A stretch of DNA of 64,000 nucleotides, taken from Candidatus Latescibacterota bacterium. GTDB taxonomy: Bacteria; Latescibacterota; UBA2968; UBA8231. Numbering within the stretch: the first letter of the stretch is position 1; each line of letters starts with the position of its first letter. Made by a program: the position numbers and the translations under genes. Below, piece after piece: positions 9,156-19,507 of the stretch. The notes under the pieces were generated by a model, which ran no database searches, was not told the origin of the DNA, and saw only the letters and a list, made by a program, of their open reading frames with translations. The stretch spans positions 1,920,001 to 1,984,000 of the forward strand of contig CBDFJF010000001.1 of assembly GCA_965248265.1 (NCBI GenBank). The letters run 5' to 3'.

Positions 9156-10604
9156 TCAGTACGCTCCACGGCCGAAAAGCACGGTGGGGATCGTCTTGAG
9201 TAGAATTTTGATATCGAGCACAGGCGACCAGTTCTCGATATAGAAGAGATCGAGGGCGATTGTATCATCGAAAGACAGATCACTCCGCCCGCTGACCTGC
9301 GGCAATCCCACTACGCCTGGCAGTACATCAAACCGGTTCATCTGCCAGTCGGCGTATTGATCAACTTCGGAAGGAAGCGGGGGCCGCGGGCCCACAAGGC
9401 TCATGGTGCCTCGCCAGACATTGTACAACTGAGGCAATTCATCGATGCTGTAGCGTCTGAGCACTCGCCCAACTCTGGTTACGCGAGGATCCGTGCGAAT
9501 CTTGAAAAGGGGGCCGCTGGCCTCGTTCAGGTCCTCCATGTCCTGCAGCATACCCTCCGCACCTTGGCGCATCGAGCGGAACTTGTATAGCCAAAATGGT
9601 CGCCCCCCCTTGCCGATGCGCTTCTGCTTGAACAGCAGGGGACCCCTCGACTCGAGCTTGATAGACAACGCAGCAGTCGTGACCAGCAGGATCAGGAAAG
9701 GCAGCGTGGCCACAGTGACAAGGACGAGAGCCGCAAGATCCATTGCGCGTTTGGTGAGCCTGCCCTTGCTGCCCAGGATTCGGACGTCACTGGTGACAAG
9801 GGGCAGCCCGGCAACCTCATGTATATGACTATTGACAGACAAAAAACCGGAGAATTGAGGCATCATCGTGAGTCTGATGTCGGCACGTTCGCAGATGGAA
9901 GCGATCCTCCGAATGGAATCCGGATGGAGATACTGATCGGACACAAGCACCTCATCGATCCATTGGTCGCGAATTACCTCCGAGAGCTGGTCAACGCTAC
10001 CGATCAGATCGTCAACATCGATGTAGCCACGATCCTGGTCATCCGCAAGGAACCCAGCGGGGCTATATCCCAGGGCAGGGTTAGCTCGTGTATACGAGAA
10101 AAACTCCTGTGACTGCTCGCATGCGCCGATGATGAGAACGCGGTTCAGCCCCAATCCCCTCAGCCGAAACCACCTCAGAACGTAGTCACATACAGCATGC
10201 CAGGTAGTGAGCAAAACGATCGAGAGAATCCAAATCAGCAGCAGGTTTCTTCTTGATTGAAGATCTATCTCAGCGCTCCAAAAACCTCGGATGGCGAAGC
10301 CACCGATGAATGTGATCCCGGCCGCCAGAGAGCACACCCTGACCAACGACAGGAACAAATCCGCATTAAAAAAGACCGTTTTGGGCTGATAGCGATGTGA
10401 AGAGATTAGCAGCGCAAGACCGATGAGTGCGAAGAACGCCGCGTACTGGTAGTACGCGTTTGGAATCTGGAACGGCTTGGCATCCAGGAGATCCGTACTG
10501 GACCGGATCCAGTACGCGATCAACACGGTGCACATCAGAAGAATTACATCTCCAGCGTAAACGAGCCAGACCAACCAAGGAGTTCGCTTCTGCGTACCGA
10601 TCAT
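9156..10604 (-). CDS. Priming sugar transferase (WcaJ/WbaP-type polyprenyl glycosylphosphotransferase)
   Basis: N-terminal TMs, CoA-binding-like domain, KRAMD, FKQKRIG, KFRSM, DPRVT, DELPQL, SLVGPRP. Confidence 0.93.
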   Translation of the reverse strand: MIGTQKRTPWLVWLVYAGDVILLMCTVLIAYWIRSSTDLLDAKPFQIPNAYYQYAAFFALIGLALLISSHRYQPKTVFFNADLFLSLVRVCSLAAGITFIGGFAIRGFWSAEIDLQSRRNLLLIWILSIVLLTTWHAVCDYVLRWFRLRGLGLNRVLIIGACEQSQEFFSYTRANPALGYSPAGFLADDQDRGYIDVDDLIGSVDQLSEVIRDQWIDEVLVSDQYLHPDSIRRIASICERADIRLTMMPQFSGFLSVNSHIHEVAGLPLVTSDVRILGSKGRLTKRAMDLAALVLVTVATLPFLILLVTTAALSIKLESRGPLLFKQKRIGKGGRPFWLYKFRSMRQGAEGMLQDMEDLNEASGPLFKIRTDPRVTRVGRVLRRYSIDELPQLYNVWRGTMSLVGPRPPLPSEVDQYADWQMNRFDVLPGVVGLPQVSGRSDLSFDDTIALDLFYIENWSPVLDIKILLKTIPTVLFGRGAY

Positions 10605-10837
10605 CGAAACCTCGGATCTGCGGAGTTCACGACATCGAATCTCGTCGCCCCAATCATCAGCTGCAATGCACGCCGGATCAGCATCGTTCTGCTCACAAAG
10701 CGACCGCCGTCCGAGAAGCTATCGAGAAAGACCGCCATACCTCGGACTCGAAGGCTCCATCAAAACTCTGAAATAGTCACCGGGGTCAATTCCGATAATC
10801 TCGCCATATTGGTCAGCTTGACGAAGTCCCTTTGCCG

Positions 10838-12982
10838 CTATCGGTTTTCCGAGGTATCGCCCGTTATAGTGCATCCGGTTTTGAGCACCTGCTGCACGAG
10901 TAGCGTTGTACGCGTAACCGCGATGCTGTCTTGCAGCAAAGCATCCGGCTCTCCATTGCCGAGCAATGCGTTGATGAAGTACTCCACTTCCCCACGATGT
11001 CCCTTGTCCTGGGAAATCTTCTTTGTCTTTTGCCGGCCTTCCGAAACGAAGGTCGCACGGCAAAAATCGTCGATGACGACGACCTTCCCGTTTGCGAACA
11101 TCTCGATTCGCTCCTTCGGGTACGCGGGATCTCCCAAACCCGCATATGTGACTGAGCCAACCGAGCCATCCGCGAATTGAATGATGATGACGACGCTGTC
11201 AGCGGACGAGCCTGCGCCGTACGCGGCCACATCCCTCGGCGTCGAACCTGAAAGAAAAGTCAGCAGATCGACGAAGTGACAGACCTCGCCGATAATCCTT
11301 CCTCCTCCTTCGATAGAGTCGAGCGCCCAGTGGTCGCCGGGAAGAGGTCCGGCGTTGATTCTGCAGTTGATGACTTTGGGGCCATCGCCAACGAAGTCAC
11401 GGGCCTGCGTAGACAGCGGAGCAAAGCGACGGTTGTGTCCGACCATTAGCAACGCGGGTGACTCCTGCGCCGCGCCTACGACCGCATCAAGCTCAACTTG
11501 GTCGAGCGCCATTGGCTTCTCGACGAAGGTCTGTTTGCTCGCCTTGAGAGCATCAATCGCAATGCGGGCGTGGAGATCGTGTCGAGTAGCGATTACGACA
11601 GCATCGATGTCTGAATCGGAGAGAATGTCTCTGTAATCCGTTGTGCAGTAGCTGAAACCCTCCCGCGTCGCGACATCCTTGCCGGATGAGCCTGAAGCGG
11701 TGGCGACACCAACCAGGGCGATTCGTGGCTGGGCCTTGAGAATGGGAAGCAGAGTCCCACGGGCGAAGTTTCCTGCTCCGATTACGCCCACACCAATCAC
11801 GCCCTCGCGTTGCTTGACGCTCTGCAGTCGCGCCCGTCTGTCGTAGGATACCTCAGCGGCCCCCTCTGGATACTCCAGCAACACTCCGATGGGGCGGTCA
11901 GGACGGTCTTGATCAAGCATCAGCTCGTAAGCGTCGACAGTCCGTTCGATGCCAAAGCGATGAGTCACCAACCCACTCAAACTGAGCTGTCCTCTGGCAG
12001 CTGTGTCCAGAAAGGCCTCCATGTTGCGGTTCTCAGTCCATCGAACATATCCTACCGGATAGTCGACACCCTGCTCCTCATACGCCCGGTCGTAACGACC
12101 TGGTCCGTAGGAGCGAGAAAGGCGAAGATCGAGTTCCTTTTCATAGAAAACGTCACGAGGTATGTTCAACCCCACATCACCGATGACGACGACGGTACCG
12201 CGATCCCGGCACAGCTGCGCCGCCAACTCGACCGCCTTGTTGCCGCCACCCCCTGCCGCGATGATGACTTTATCTGCACCCCGATCTCTCGTCATGCTGG
12301 CGATGACGACCTGCTCTCCTCCAGACACAGCGGCATTCCCGCCAAGACTGCGAGCCATGTCGACGGCTCTGGCGTCCACGTCGATTCCAAGGACCTGACA
12401 TCCGGCGCAGCGTAGTAATTGAGCAACAAGCTGTCCGACCAGGCCGAGCCCGACAACGACAACCACATCTCCGAGGGAAACATCCGCCTGTCGTATGGAT
12501 TGAAGGGCAATGGCCCCTACCGTAGTGAAGGCAGCGTCATCGAAGTTGACCTCGTCAGGCACGCGCACGCACAGATTTGTCGGCACGCTGACGTACTCCG
12601 CATGATTCGCGTACCCGCCACCGGCGCACGCAACCCGCATCCCGGGGCGAAATTCTGCGACGCCCTCTCCTGCCTCCACTACAACCCCCGCACAACTGTA
12701 GCCCAGTGGATGAGATCGTTCCAAGACTCCCATGGCCTTGGAATAAGCGGCCGCCATCCCCTCGCGTCGGGAAACATCTAATACCTTCTTCACTTGATCA
12801 GGGCGTGCAAGTGCTTTTCCTACCAGGCTCTTTGCACCAAGGCTTACGCTTTGGCGTTCGGTCCCAGAGCTGATCAAAGAGCGTGCGTTGCGTACGAGAA
12901 CTCTGCCCGGACCCGGTAGTGGAATCGGAACATCCTCTACCGTGAGCTGACCAGATCGCCTGTTCTGCAGAACCTGTTTCAA
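10838..12982 (-). CDS. Bi-domain oxidoreductase (Zn-ADH/MDR plus Gfo/Idh/MocA)
   Basis: SLISSGTE, LGYSCAG, GLGLVG, SRSYGPGRYD, GAGNFA, ATRHDLH, FVEKP, VGHNRRF, GEVCHF, DKGH. Confidence 0.92.
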   Translation of the reverse strand: MKQVLQNRRSGQLTVEDVPIPLPGPGRVLVRNARSLISSGTERQSVSLGAKSLVGKALARPDQVKKVLDVSRREGMAAAYSKAMGVLERSHPLGYSCAGVVVEAGEGVAEFRPGMRVACAGGGYANHAEYVSVPTNLCVRVPDEVNFDDAAFTTVGAIALQSIRQADVSLGDVVVVVGLGLVGQLVAQLLRCAGCQVLGIDVDARAVDMARSLGGNAAVSGGEQVVIASMTRDRGADKVIIAAGGGGNKAVELAAQLCRDRGTVVVIGDVGLNIPRDVFYEKELDLRLSRSYGPGRYDRAYEEQGVDYPVGYVRWTENRNMEAFLDTAARGQLSLSGLVTHRFGIERTVDAYELMLDQDRPDRPIGVLLEYPEGAAEVSYDRRARLQSVKQREGVIGVGVIGAGNFARGTLLPILKAQPRIALVGVATASGSSGKDVATREGFSYCTTDYRDILSDSDIDAVVIATRHDLHARIAIDALKASKQTFVEKPMALDQVELDAVVGAAQESPALLMVGHNRRFAPLSTQARDFVGDGPKVINCRINAGPLPGDHWALDSIEGGGRIIGEVCHFVDLLTFLSGSTPRDVAAYGAGSSADSVVIIIQFADGSVGSVTYAGLGDPAYPKERIEMFANGKVVVIDDFCRATFVSEGRQKTKKISQDKGHRGEVEYFINALLGNGEPDALLQDSIAVTRTTLLVQQVLKTGCTITGDTSENR

Positions 12983-13992
12983 TCGAACTCCAACCTCGAT
13001 GTGCGATGTCCCTGAGTCAGCATTTCAGAGGCCGTGATGTATGTTTTCGCCACCAGTCGAAAATCTGGATGTTCGTACATCGATGCGTACTCAGCGTTGC
13101 CCAAGCGACGTTTGAAACTGCGATACATTCCGCGATGGCCCTTATCCCGAAGCATGGATCCGTGCCGGCGTTGCCTTCCCGAGCCTGTTATTACCCTCAA
13201 TCTGCAAAGATCTTCGATAGTGAGCGTAAGGCCCCCTGTCGAATCTCGATGTGCTCTTGCACACTTCTGGTCTCAGAAACTTGGCGTACCTGCGATTGTA
13301 ACCGATCTCCAGGCTGCAGCCGGCTTCGCACAGCGAGTCTACGATCGCGTAATCTGCCCTGCTTACCGCCGCAGGCTTCTCTACAAAGATCGTTCCCGAG
13401 GAATTCCACTCAAACAGATCTCTGGCCTGCCGGGCATGGTCGCTGTGATACAAACAGCAAGGCGACTGGTCTCTTGGCCGCAGCCCAGCTACTCTTCATC
13501 TGCGTATGGGGCATCGGTGCGCGAACTCGCCCTGTACAATCCCCAGAGCAAGATCATTGTGGTCGACGCAGCAATACCGCTCACTCCGTGAAAGTGTGGG
13601 AGAACCTGGCTCTGGCATAGTCGCCGCAGCCGATCTGGAAGAGCGCCCGCTCGGCGTCGGGTGCGGCAGTGACCACGGCGTCTCCCGGCTCGTACACCGC
13701 TTGCGAAAATGGATGCACGCAGTCTTGTACCGCAAGCGCCTGGTAGAACGTAGTAGGTTTCTCCGCCATTGAACGAGACGGCATCTCCCGCCTCCGTTCT
13801 GGCTGCTACAAGGGACTTCTCGATACGTTCGCTACGCAGACGCGAGCGCGCCTTGGAGAGGACCGCGGCCGCCCCTCGTACCGACCGATGGAAGAAGAGT
13901 GCCTTTCTAACACTACGGTCGACGGTGCGACTGGGAGAGAGCTTGAAGAGCTCAACACTGGACAGCTCGTCTCTCCGTCTCTTCTCAAGCAT
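12979..13992 (-). pseudogene. Multiply frameshifted Gfo/Idh/MocA-like oxidoreductase
   Basis: Pieces in different frames: LFQIGCGDYAR (Rossmann), YHSDHA...IFVEKP...IGYNRRY, RDKGH. ATG 13992 overlaps the GT4 end and the stop overlaps the next start. Confidence 0.7.
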
Positions 13993-15199
13993 TCCGGTCT
14001 TGCAGCAGTCTTCCAAACAGAGCTTCGAGTTTTGAGGCGTAGACTTCGAGATTGAGATGTTGCCCCACGGTCTCCTGTCCGGAAAGTCCCATGCGAACAG
14101 CCTCCGCGGGGTTGCGGAGGAGATGACATATGTTTTCGGCCATAGCCTCCACATCACCAGCATCGAAAAAAATAATCTCTTGTCCATCCGTGAAGTAATC
14201 CGGCATCAGTCCAACTGGAGTCGAGATCACCGGAATCCCCGATGCCATCGCCTCAAGGACAGTCAGCGGACCACCCCCCTCACTGTAGGAAGGGCAAACG
14301 AACAGCGTCGCGCGCCGGAGGACATCCATCTTTGCTTCCCCCGTCACGAGTCCAGGAAAATGGACGGTCCCGGTCTGCTCCAGTTTCGCCACTAGATCCA
14401 GCAGCTCCTCGCCATCACGCTGATCGCCGCCGAGTCCACGGAGATTCCGTTCCTTGTGAATTTTGACTCCGGCAAGAACAAACTCGCATTGCGGAAACTC
14501 GCGTTGCACCATGGGAACCGCCTTCAGCAAGTCAATGGCCCCCTTTGCTTTTGAAATCATGCCCATGAACAAGATGACTGGAGTCGCCGAGACGGTCCTG
14601 CCGATACGACGATGTTCCTGGACATCGATGGCGACGGGAATGATCGAGAAACGCTCGCGTGGGACATGCTGGAGAAACTGAGCCTTGAAACGCTCAGAGC
14701 GTACTATGACGCAATCCAGCTGGCGCAAGATCCAGCGGACGTACCATTTGAGACCGCGTGAGGATATCTCATAGAACCTGTCGAACTGAGCGCCGCCAAA
14801 CCGCACCACGGCAAATCTCCCCGTGATCTTCGCCGCAAGCACATACACCGAGTCCCGCAGAAATCCGCTGGTATTCTGGGAGAGTAGCATGTAGACGATG
14901 TCAGGCCGGCGCCTTAGGCAGGCTCCCAGCAGCCATACGGTTACAAACAGCGTCCGCATCACATCTCCGGAGCCAACCCGGCCGCGGCTTTCGATTTTCT
15001 TTCTGAGGCTTGTGTCAATGTGGGTAAGCTCGACGGCTGAGGAAAACGGTGACTTCAGGAGCAAGGCCGTCATTACCTCTGTGCCGTTGTAGGGAGGCGG
15101 AATCGGCGCCGCAATGAGGACTTTCACGGGGACCCTCTCCTCAGGTCGTTCGGTAGCCGGGGACACCCGCTCTGTCTCACCCTCGTTCGCGGTTTGCAT
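13985..15199 (-). CDS. GT4 glycosyltransferase
   Basis: ILFMGMISKAKG, FVCPSYSEGGGPLTVLEAMASGIPVISTPVG. Start uncertain (15199 or near 15127). Confidence 0.9.
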   Translation of the reverse strand: MQTANEGETERVSPATERPEERVPVKVLIAAPIPPPYNGTEVMTALLLKSPFSSAVELTHIDTSLRKKIESRGRVGSGDVMRTLFVTVWLLGACLRRRPDIVYMLLSQNTSGFLRDSVYVLAAKITGRFAVVRFGGAQFDRFYEISSRGLKWYVRWILRQLDCVIVRSERFKAQFLQHVPRERFSIIPVAIDVQEHRRIGRTVSATPVILFMGMISKAKGAIDLLKAVPMVQREFPQCEFVLAGVKIHKERNLRGLGGDQRDGEELLDLVAKLEQTGTVHFPGLVTGEAKMDVLRRATLFVCPSYSEGGGPLTVLEAMASGIPVISTPVGLMPDYFTDGQEIIFFDAGDVEAMAENICHLLRNPAEAVRMGLSGQETVGQHLNLEVYASKLEALFGRLLQDRNA

Positions 15200-15221
15200 G
15201 GCCGTGTTCGGCAGCGGTCGA

Positions 15222-16502
15222 TCAGCCCTTTCCCAAGAGCTTTTTGAGCCTCTGTGTGACCTCCTGCGGCAACTCTCGGGCAAGCCACTCTGCCGGGGGG
15301 CGGAACACCCGGTGCCACCACCACGCCTTCACCCACCCATGCCGGTAACGCCGCCTGTGACGGGTCAGTGCAGCCTCGGGGAGTATCTTTCCTGCACTGT
15401 GCCCTCGCAAGCTCTTGTCCAGTACCAGGCGGGCGAAACCGCTGTAGGTGTAGGCGCCGCTTTCAACCACATCGCTGTAAGCCCGGCTGGTAATTTCTTC
15501 CCGCAATTGGTCTTCCTTCATCAGCCTCAGCACGTCGTCCAGATCGCTGAAATCGGCTTTGACAGGAATGTAGTGCTCCCAAGGATTCAAAACGCCGGCG
15601 TATTGCCCCTCCACCAATACTTGACAAGTGTGGGTAGCGCAACATTCCAGGTGGCGGGGGCTGATGGCCTTGCCTGGCAGCTTCCCATCCAGGCCGGGGA
15701 AACAGGCGGCCTCCACATCGTCGAAACCGGCGGCGGGATGCGTGGCAATGTAGGCGTTCACGTGGTCGCGGATGGAGCCATCGGGATCCATCATGCTGGT
15801 CCCTCCCTCCACCCCAATCATGTACTTGCACCGGACCATGAAGCGGTACCAGTCATCGCCGAGGAGGACGCTTTTTCGTTCCAATGAGATGTCGGTGCGA
15901 AGCCCAAAGCGCGGGGCGTGCTCGGCAAAAACATCGGCGATCTGTGCCTTGAGCATGCCGTGGCTGCCCAGCCACGGCGCCACCTGCCAGGAGCGGTACC
16001 CCACGTCAATGTCACGGGTGTGTTCCTGGCCGGCCAACTGCTCCATCTTTGCCACCCGGGAAGGAGACAGATAGCCGGTAAGGGCCTCCACGATCGTTAT
16101 CCGATCGCGGTCCACCGGCGCGTAGAGCGTAGGCCAGGACTCCTCGCAGTGAGAAGAGACCACGACGGACACGTCGAAGTCCGCGATGAAGGTCCACAAT
16201 GTCTGGGTGTTGAAGGAATCGTCCTGTGGTACGATCACTTTGATGGCGGGGTTGGTCTTTAGCGGACCCGCCTTCGCCTCGAATTTTTCAAACCGCCCGC
16301 GAAACCGCTGGGCGAAAAACGTGTAGTGGAAAACGATGAGGTCAAAGGGCAGGCTGGCCAACGCCTGGTCTAGCCGTTGTGTGGCCAGGTTCACGTAGAC
16401 GACGTTGGTGCCCTCCAATTCCTCGAAAGCATGCAAGTGATCCCAGATCGTGGCCTTCATGGGATACTGGTCGTAGGCCAACACCACCAGGATGTTCGTC
16501 AT
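15222..16502 (-). CDS. Conserved hypothetical protein, probable GT-B glycosyltransferase (CgeB/YkvP-like C-terminus); paralog of 22583-23884
   Basis: DVGYRS, CKYMIGVEGG, ISPRHLECCATHTCQVLVEGQY, HYIP shared with the paralog. Confidence 0.6.
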   Translation of the reverse strand: MTNILVVLAYDQYPMKATIWDHLHAFEELEGTNVVYVNLATQRLDQALASLPFDLIVFHYTFFAQRFRGRFEKFEAKAGPLKTNPAIKVIVPQDDSFNTQTLWTFIADFDVSVVVSSHCEESWPTLYAPVDRDRITIVEALTGYLSPSRVAKMEQLAGQEHTRDIDVGYRSWQVAPWLGSHGMLKAQIADVFAEHAPRFGLRTDISLERKSVLLGDDWYRFMVRCKYMIGVEGGTSMMDPDGSIRDHVNAYIATHPAAGFDDVEAACFPGLDGKLPGKAISPRHLECCATHTCQVLVEGQYAGVLNPWEHYIPVKADFSDLDDVLRLMKEDQLREEITSRAYSDVVESGAYTYSGFARLVLDKSLRGHSAGKILPEAALTRHRRRYRHGWVKAWWWHRVFRPPAEWLARELPQEVTQRLKKLLGKG

Positions 16503-16516
16503 ACAGGAGTGCCGTT

Positions 16517-17587
16517 CTATTGCGGCCCCCGCCCTTCCATGTGTTCCGAGTGCTTCTCAATGCACGCCTGGATAAGCGGCAAGTTCGCTTCCGTCCATGC
16601 CAGGGTGTGTTTCAGACCATCCTCGTGGCGTACCTCGGCCTCGAACCCCAGCCCACCCTTGGCTTTCTCCGTGCTGGCGAAACGTTTGCCGGAATGGTCC
16701 CACGGCCGTCTGGGAAGCTCCTCCACTCCGCCGGGGTTGCCGGTCAGTGCGTTGATGCGCTCCGCCAACTGGCGGATGGTCGTTTCCTCACCGGTGGCCA
16801 GGTTATAGGCCTCGCCGGGCACGCCTTTCGTGGCACACAACATCAACCCCCGGCAGATGTCTTCGACGAAAATGAAATCTCGCGTAGCTATGCCACCTGC
16901 CTGCAGCGGCAGTGCCTCACCCTTCAGTGACTTGTAGATAAACGTGGGCGTGACATTGCGCCACACGGTGGCGGGGGTGCCCCGCCAACGCCCGGCGCCG
17001 AGGATTTCCCCGGGGCCGTACACGTTTTGGAAACGCGCCGTCACCGCTGGCAGATCGTGCTGCCGGTGGTAGTATACCGCGTAGAACTCCCCCACTAACT
17101 TGGAGATGGAATAAGGGCTATCCTGTTCCAGGGACAGCGCCGCATCCTCGGTAGTGGCTTCGGCCTGATCAAAGGTCTTCACCGCGGAGGCGCATCCCGC
17201 ACCCGAGTACACCAGTTTCTTCATCTTCGTGAAATCACGCACGTGGTTCATGAGCTTCAACGTGGTGAGCGTGTTGTTGGCGTGGTCTTCGATGGGATCG
17301 TGGATAGAGCTCTGGTTTCCGTGATAACATGCCAGGTGGAAAATGTAGTCGTAGGTGTCGTCAATCTGGGCCAGCACGGCATCGTCGGCGATGGACCCCA
17401 CCAGTAACGCTACCCGCTCGTCCCAGGGAACGTTCTCCCGCTGCGCGGACAAGAGGTTGTCCACCACGGTGATGGTTATGTCGTCGTTGGCCTCCCGTAG
17501 CAACCGCACCAGGTTCGATCCGACGAACCCCGCACCGCCAGTTACCACCACGCGAGTGCCTGAAAGAGCTGCTGCCGCCTTTACCAT
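16517..17587 (-). CDS. wbmF: Extended SDR nucleotide-sugar epimerase, Bordetella WbmF-like
   Basis: GGAGFVG; FHLACYHGNQSSIHDP, FQNVYGPGEILGAGRWRGTPATVWRNVTPTFIYK and RPWDHSGKRF match WbmF as I recall its sequence. Confidence 0.82.
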   Translation of the reverse strand: MVKAAAALSGTRVVVTGGAGFVGSNLVRLLREANDDITITVVDNLLSAQRENVPWDERVALLVGSIADDAVLAQIDDTYDYIFHLACYHGNQSSIHDPIEDHANNTLTTLKLMNHVRDFTKMKKLVYSGAGCASAVKTFDQAEATTEDAALSLEQDSPYSISKLVGEFYAVYYHRQHDLPAVTARFQNVYGPGEILGAGRWRGTPATVWRNVTPTFIYKSLKGEALPLQAGGIATRDFIFVEDICRGLMLCATKGVPGEAYNLATGEETTIRQLAERINALTGNPGGVEELPRRPWDHSGKRFASTEKAKGGLGFEAEVRHEDGLKHTLAWTEANLPLIQACIEKHSEHMEGRGPQ

Positions 17588-18520
17588 TCAGTCGGTCTTC
17601 AAGTGGGTGTAGGTCTCTTCGAGACCGAATTCCGTGTAATGAACAATGGCCTTGTCCACACCCTCAACCAACGGGGTACTCGTCTTCCAGTCGAAGTCCT
17701 TATTGGTTTCCGTGGGGTCGATGAGAATGGTCTCCACGTCGTCCTCGCCACGCTCGCGGTGCTCTACCGGCGTGTCTTCCGGCAGACCCATAGCCTTGAC
17801 CGTGGCGGCGAACAGTTCGGGAATGGCGTAATCGGAGCCACTGGAAACATGGTACGGGCCCTTGCGGCCAGTGCCACTGATGGCCTTCATGACCACGTCC
17901 ACCAGGTCTTGCACGTAGATGAAATCCCGGCGGGTGTTCGTCACGAAACAGCCCTTGTTCTGCCCCAGGCGTTGAAAGAAAGTGGGCAACGGACCGGAGA
18001 CGTTGCGGGGGCCATAGGCGTTGGCCAGACGAAACGAGATCCAGTCCAGGTTGCTCATGGCGATGTACTGCTCACCGGCGGTTTTGCTGTAGGCATAGCT
18101 GGAACCCTCGGGACGGATCGGGTGACCCAACGTGATGGGCTGTTCCAGCGGCTTGAGCCCGTAGCACAGCGCCGTCTGAAAGTAGATGAAGCGGTTCACG
18201 TCTGTGGCCTCGGCGGCGCGCACACAGTTGACGGTGCCTGTGACGTTGGTGAGGGCATCTTCCTTCCAATCCTCCGGATCCTTGTAAGCTGCAGCAGCAT
18301 GCGCCACCACCTCTGGTTTGAACCGGCCGAAGAGGTCATCCACCAACGCCACATCGGCGATGGTACCCTCAACGACTTCCAAACGGTCGTGAGGCGCGAG
18401 ATTGTCACGCCGCCCAGTGTTGTAGTTGTCGATCACGAGGACCTCATTCCCCTCGTGAAGCAGACGATCCGCCAGGTGGGACCCGATAAAGCCGGCGCCA
18501 CCGGTGATGAGAACTTTCAT
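17588..18520 (-). CDS. Extended SDR nucleotide-sugar oxidoreductase, Bordetella WbmH/WbmG-like
   Basis: HAAAAYKDPEDW, YFQTALCYG, SSYAYSK, FRLAN.YGPRNVSGPLP.FFQRL, C-terminal YTHLK. Confidence 0.8.
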   Translation of the reverse strand: MKVLITGGAGFIGSHLADRLLHEGNEVLVIDNYNTGRRDNLAPHDRLEVVEGTIADVALVDDLFGRFKPEVVAHAAAAYKDPEDWKEDALTNVTGTVNCVRAAEATDVNRFIYFQTALCYGLKPLEQPITLGHPIRPEGSSYAYSKTAGEQYIAMSNLDWISFRLANAYGPRNVSGPLPTFFQRLGQNKGCFVTNTRRDFIYVQDLVDVVMKAISGTGRKGPYHVSSGSDYAIPELFAATVKAMGLPEDTPVEHRERGEDDVETILIDPTETNKDFDWKTSTPLVEGVDKAIVHYTEFGLEETYTHLKTD

Positions 18521-18646
18521 GTTACCTCCGTGCGCCGGTCAAACCGGCGTGATGTTGGATGTGGAACCATCTGTGTTTACGGCTTGCCCCAAACCACCGC
18601 CGCTGCAGAGATGACGCACACGCGAAGCATGGGGAAGCGTAGTGAA

Positions 18647-19480
18647 CTATTTGACGAGATGTGCATACAGATCGAGACCGGCAATCGGTCCGACCGTAAC
18701 CAGAGAAAGCCGCCTGACCCAGGGTCCCAGAACATTAAGGGGACCGGGGCTGGCGTTTTCCTTGTAGATTCTCACGGATGAAAAGGCGGCGCAGTATTCC
18801 TTCAACCGGCGCGCCGATACGAACTCGGTAGCCGGCGCTGCCGTCCCGGCGGCGTTGCTGTCGTAGCCGCCGCGAACCTCTGATGGTGCGATCAATGCCT
18901 CGGGGTTTTTCTTCCGCTCATGCCTGAGCTGCCTGAGGGTGTCACGCGGATAACGCAACCAGCGTAGATAGGAGTGCCCGTTGTAAACCATGACGATTGC
19001 GGAGCCACCGGGCTTGAGGATCCGATGAGTTTCGCTCAGTGCGCCGCCCAGGTCTCCAGTATGGTGAAAACAGCCGATGGCAACGACATGGTCGAAGGTG
19101 TCGTCTTCGAACGGCGCATCGAGAATGCTCCCCTGCCTTGCGTCTCCTTGGAGATCGTTGGATTTCAGCCGATGATTCACCATCGACACGGGGCCCGAGG
19201 CGATGTCCAATCCCGTGTAAATGGCGCCTTCGAAAGCCAGATGTTGAGCAACCGTTCCGTAGCCGAGACCGACCTCAAGCACTCTTTTGCCCTTAGCATT
19301 CTCGAAATCGATGTGACGTCTGAGATAGGGGTAGATGTTGAAGTACCATGCATCGAAGCGAGCCAGCGCGGCGGGGGATGCGTCCGTAACCCCCAGCGAA
19401 CGCGCGGCACGGGAACCGCACAGCTCGTCCCAGAATTCCTCATTCGCCTTGTCGATGTCCATGTGCGCGCTCACTTCCAC
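18647..19480 (-). CDS. Class I SAM-dependent methyltransferase (FWxxxCGxR N-terminus)
   Basis: VLEVGLGYG, GLDIA, PFEDDTFD, RILKPGG; same subfamily as 40865-41635. Confidence 0.88.
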   Translation of the reverse strand: MEVSAHMDIDKANEEFWDELCGSRAARSLGVTDASPAALARFDAWYFNIYPYLRRHIDFENAKGKRVLEVGLGYGTVAQHLAFEGAIYTGLDIASGPVSMVNHRLKSNDLQGDARQGSILDAPFEDDTFDHVVAIGCFHHTGDLGGALSETHRILKPGGSAIVMVYNGHSYLRWLRYPRDTLRQLRHERKKNPEALIAPSEVRGGYDSNAAGTAAPATEFVSARRLKEYCAAFSSVRIYKENASPGPLNVLGPWVRRLSLVTVGPIAGLDLYAHLVK

Positions 19481-19507
19481 AGATTCCTTCGAGTTTGTAT
19501 CACACCA

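Noticed and set aside
17603-18781. Long plus-strand ORFs (392 aa here; also 18974-19924, 44076-45236, 15114-15887, 2275-2703)
   Set aside because: Antisense shadows of minus-strand coding sequence in GC-rich DNA, with no recognisable motifs.
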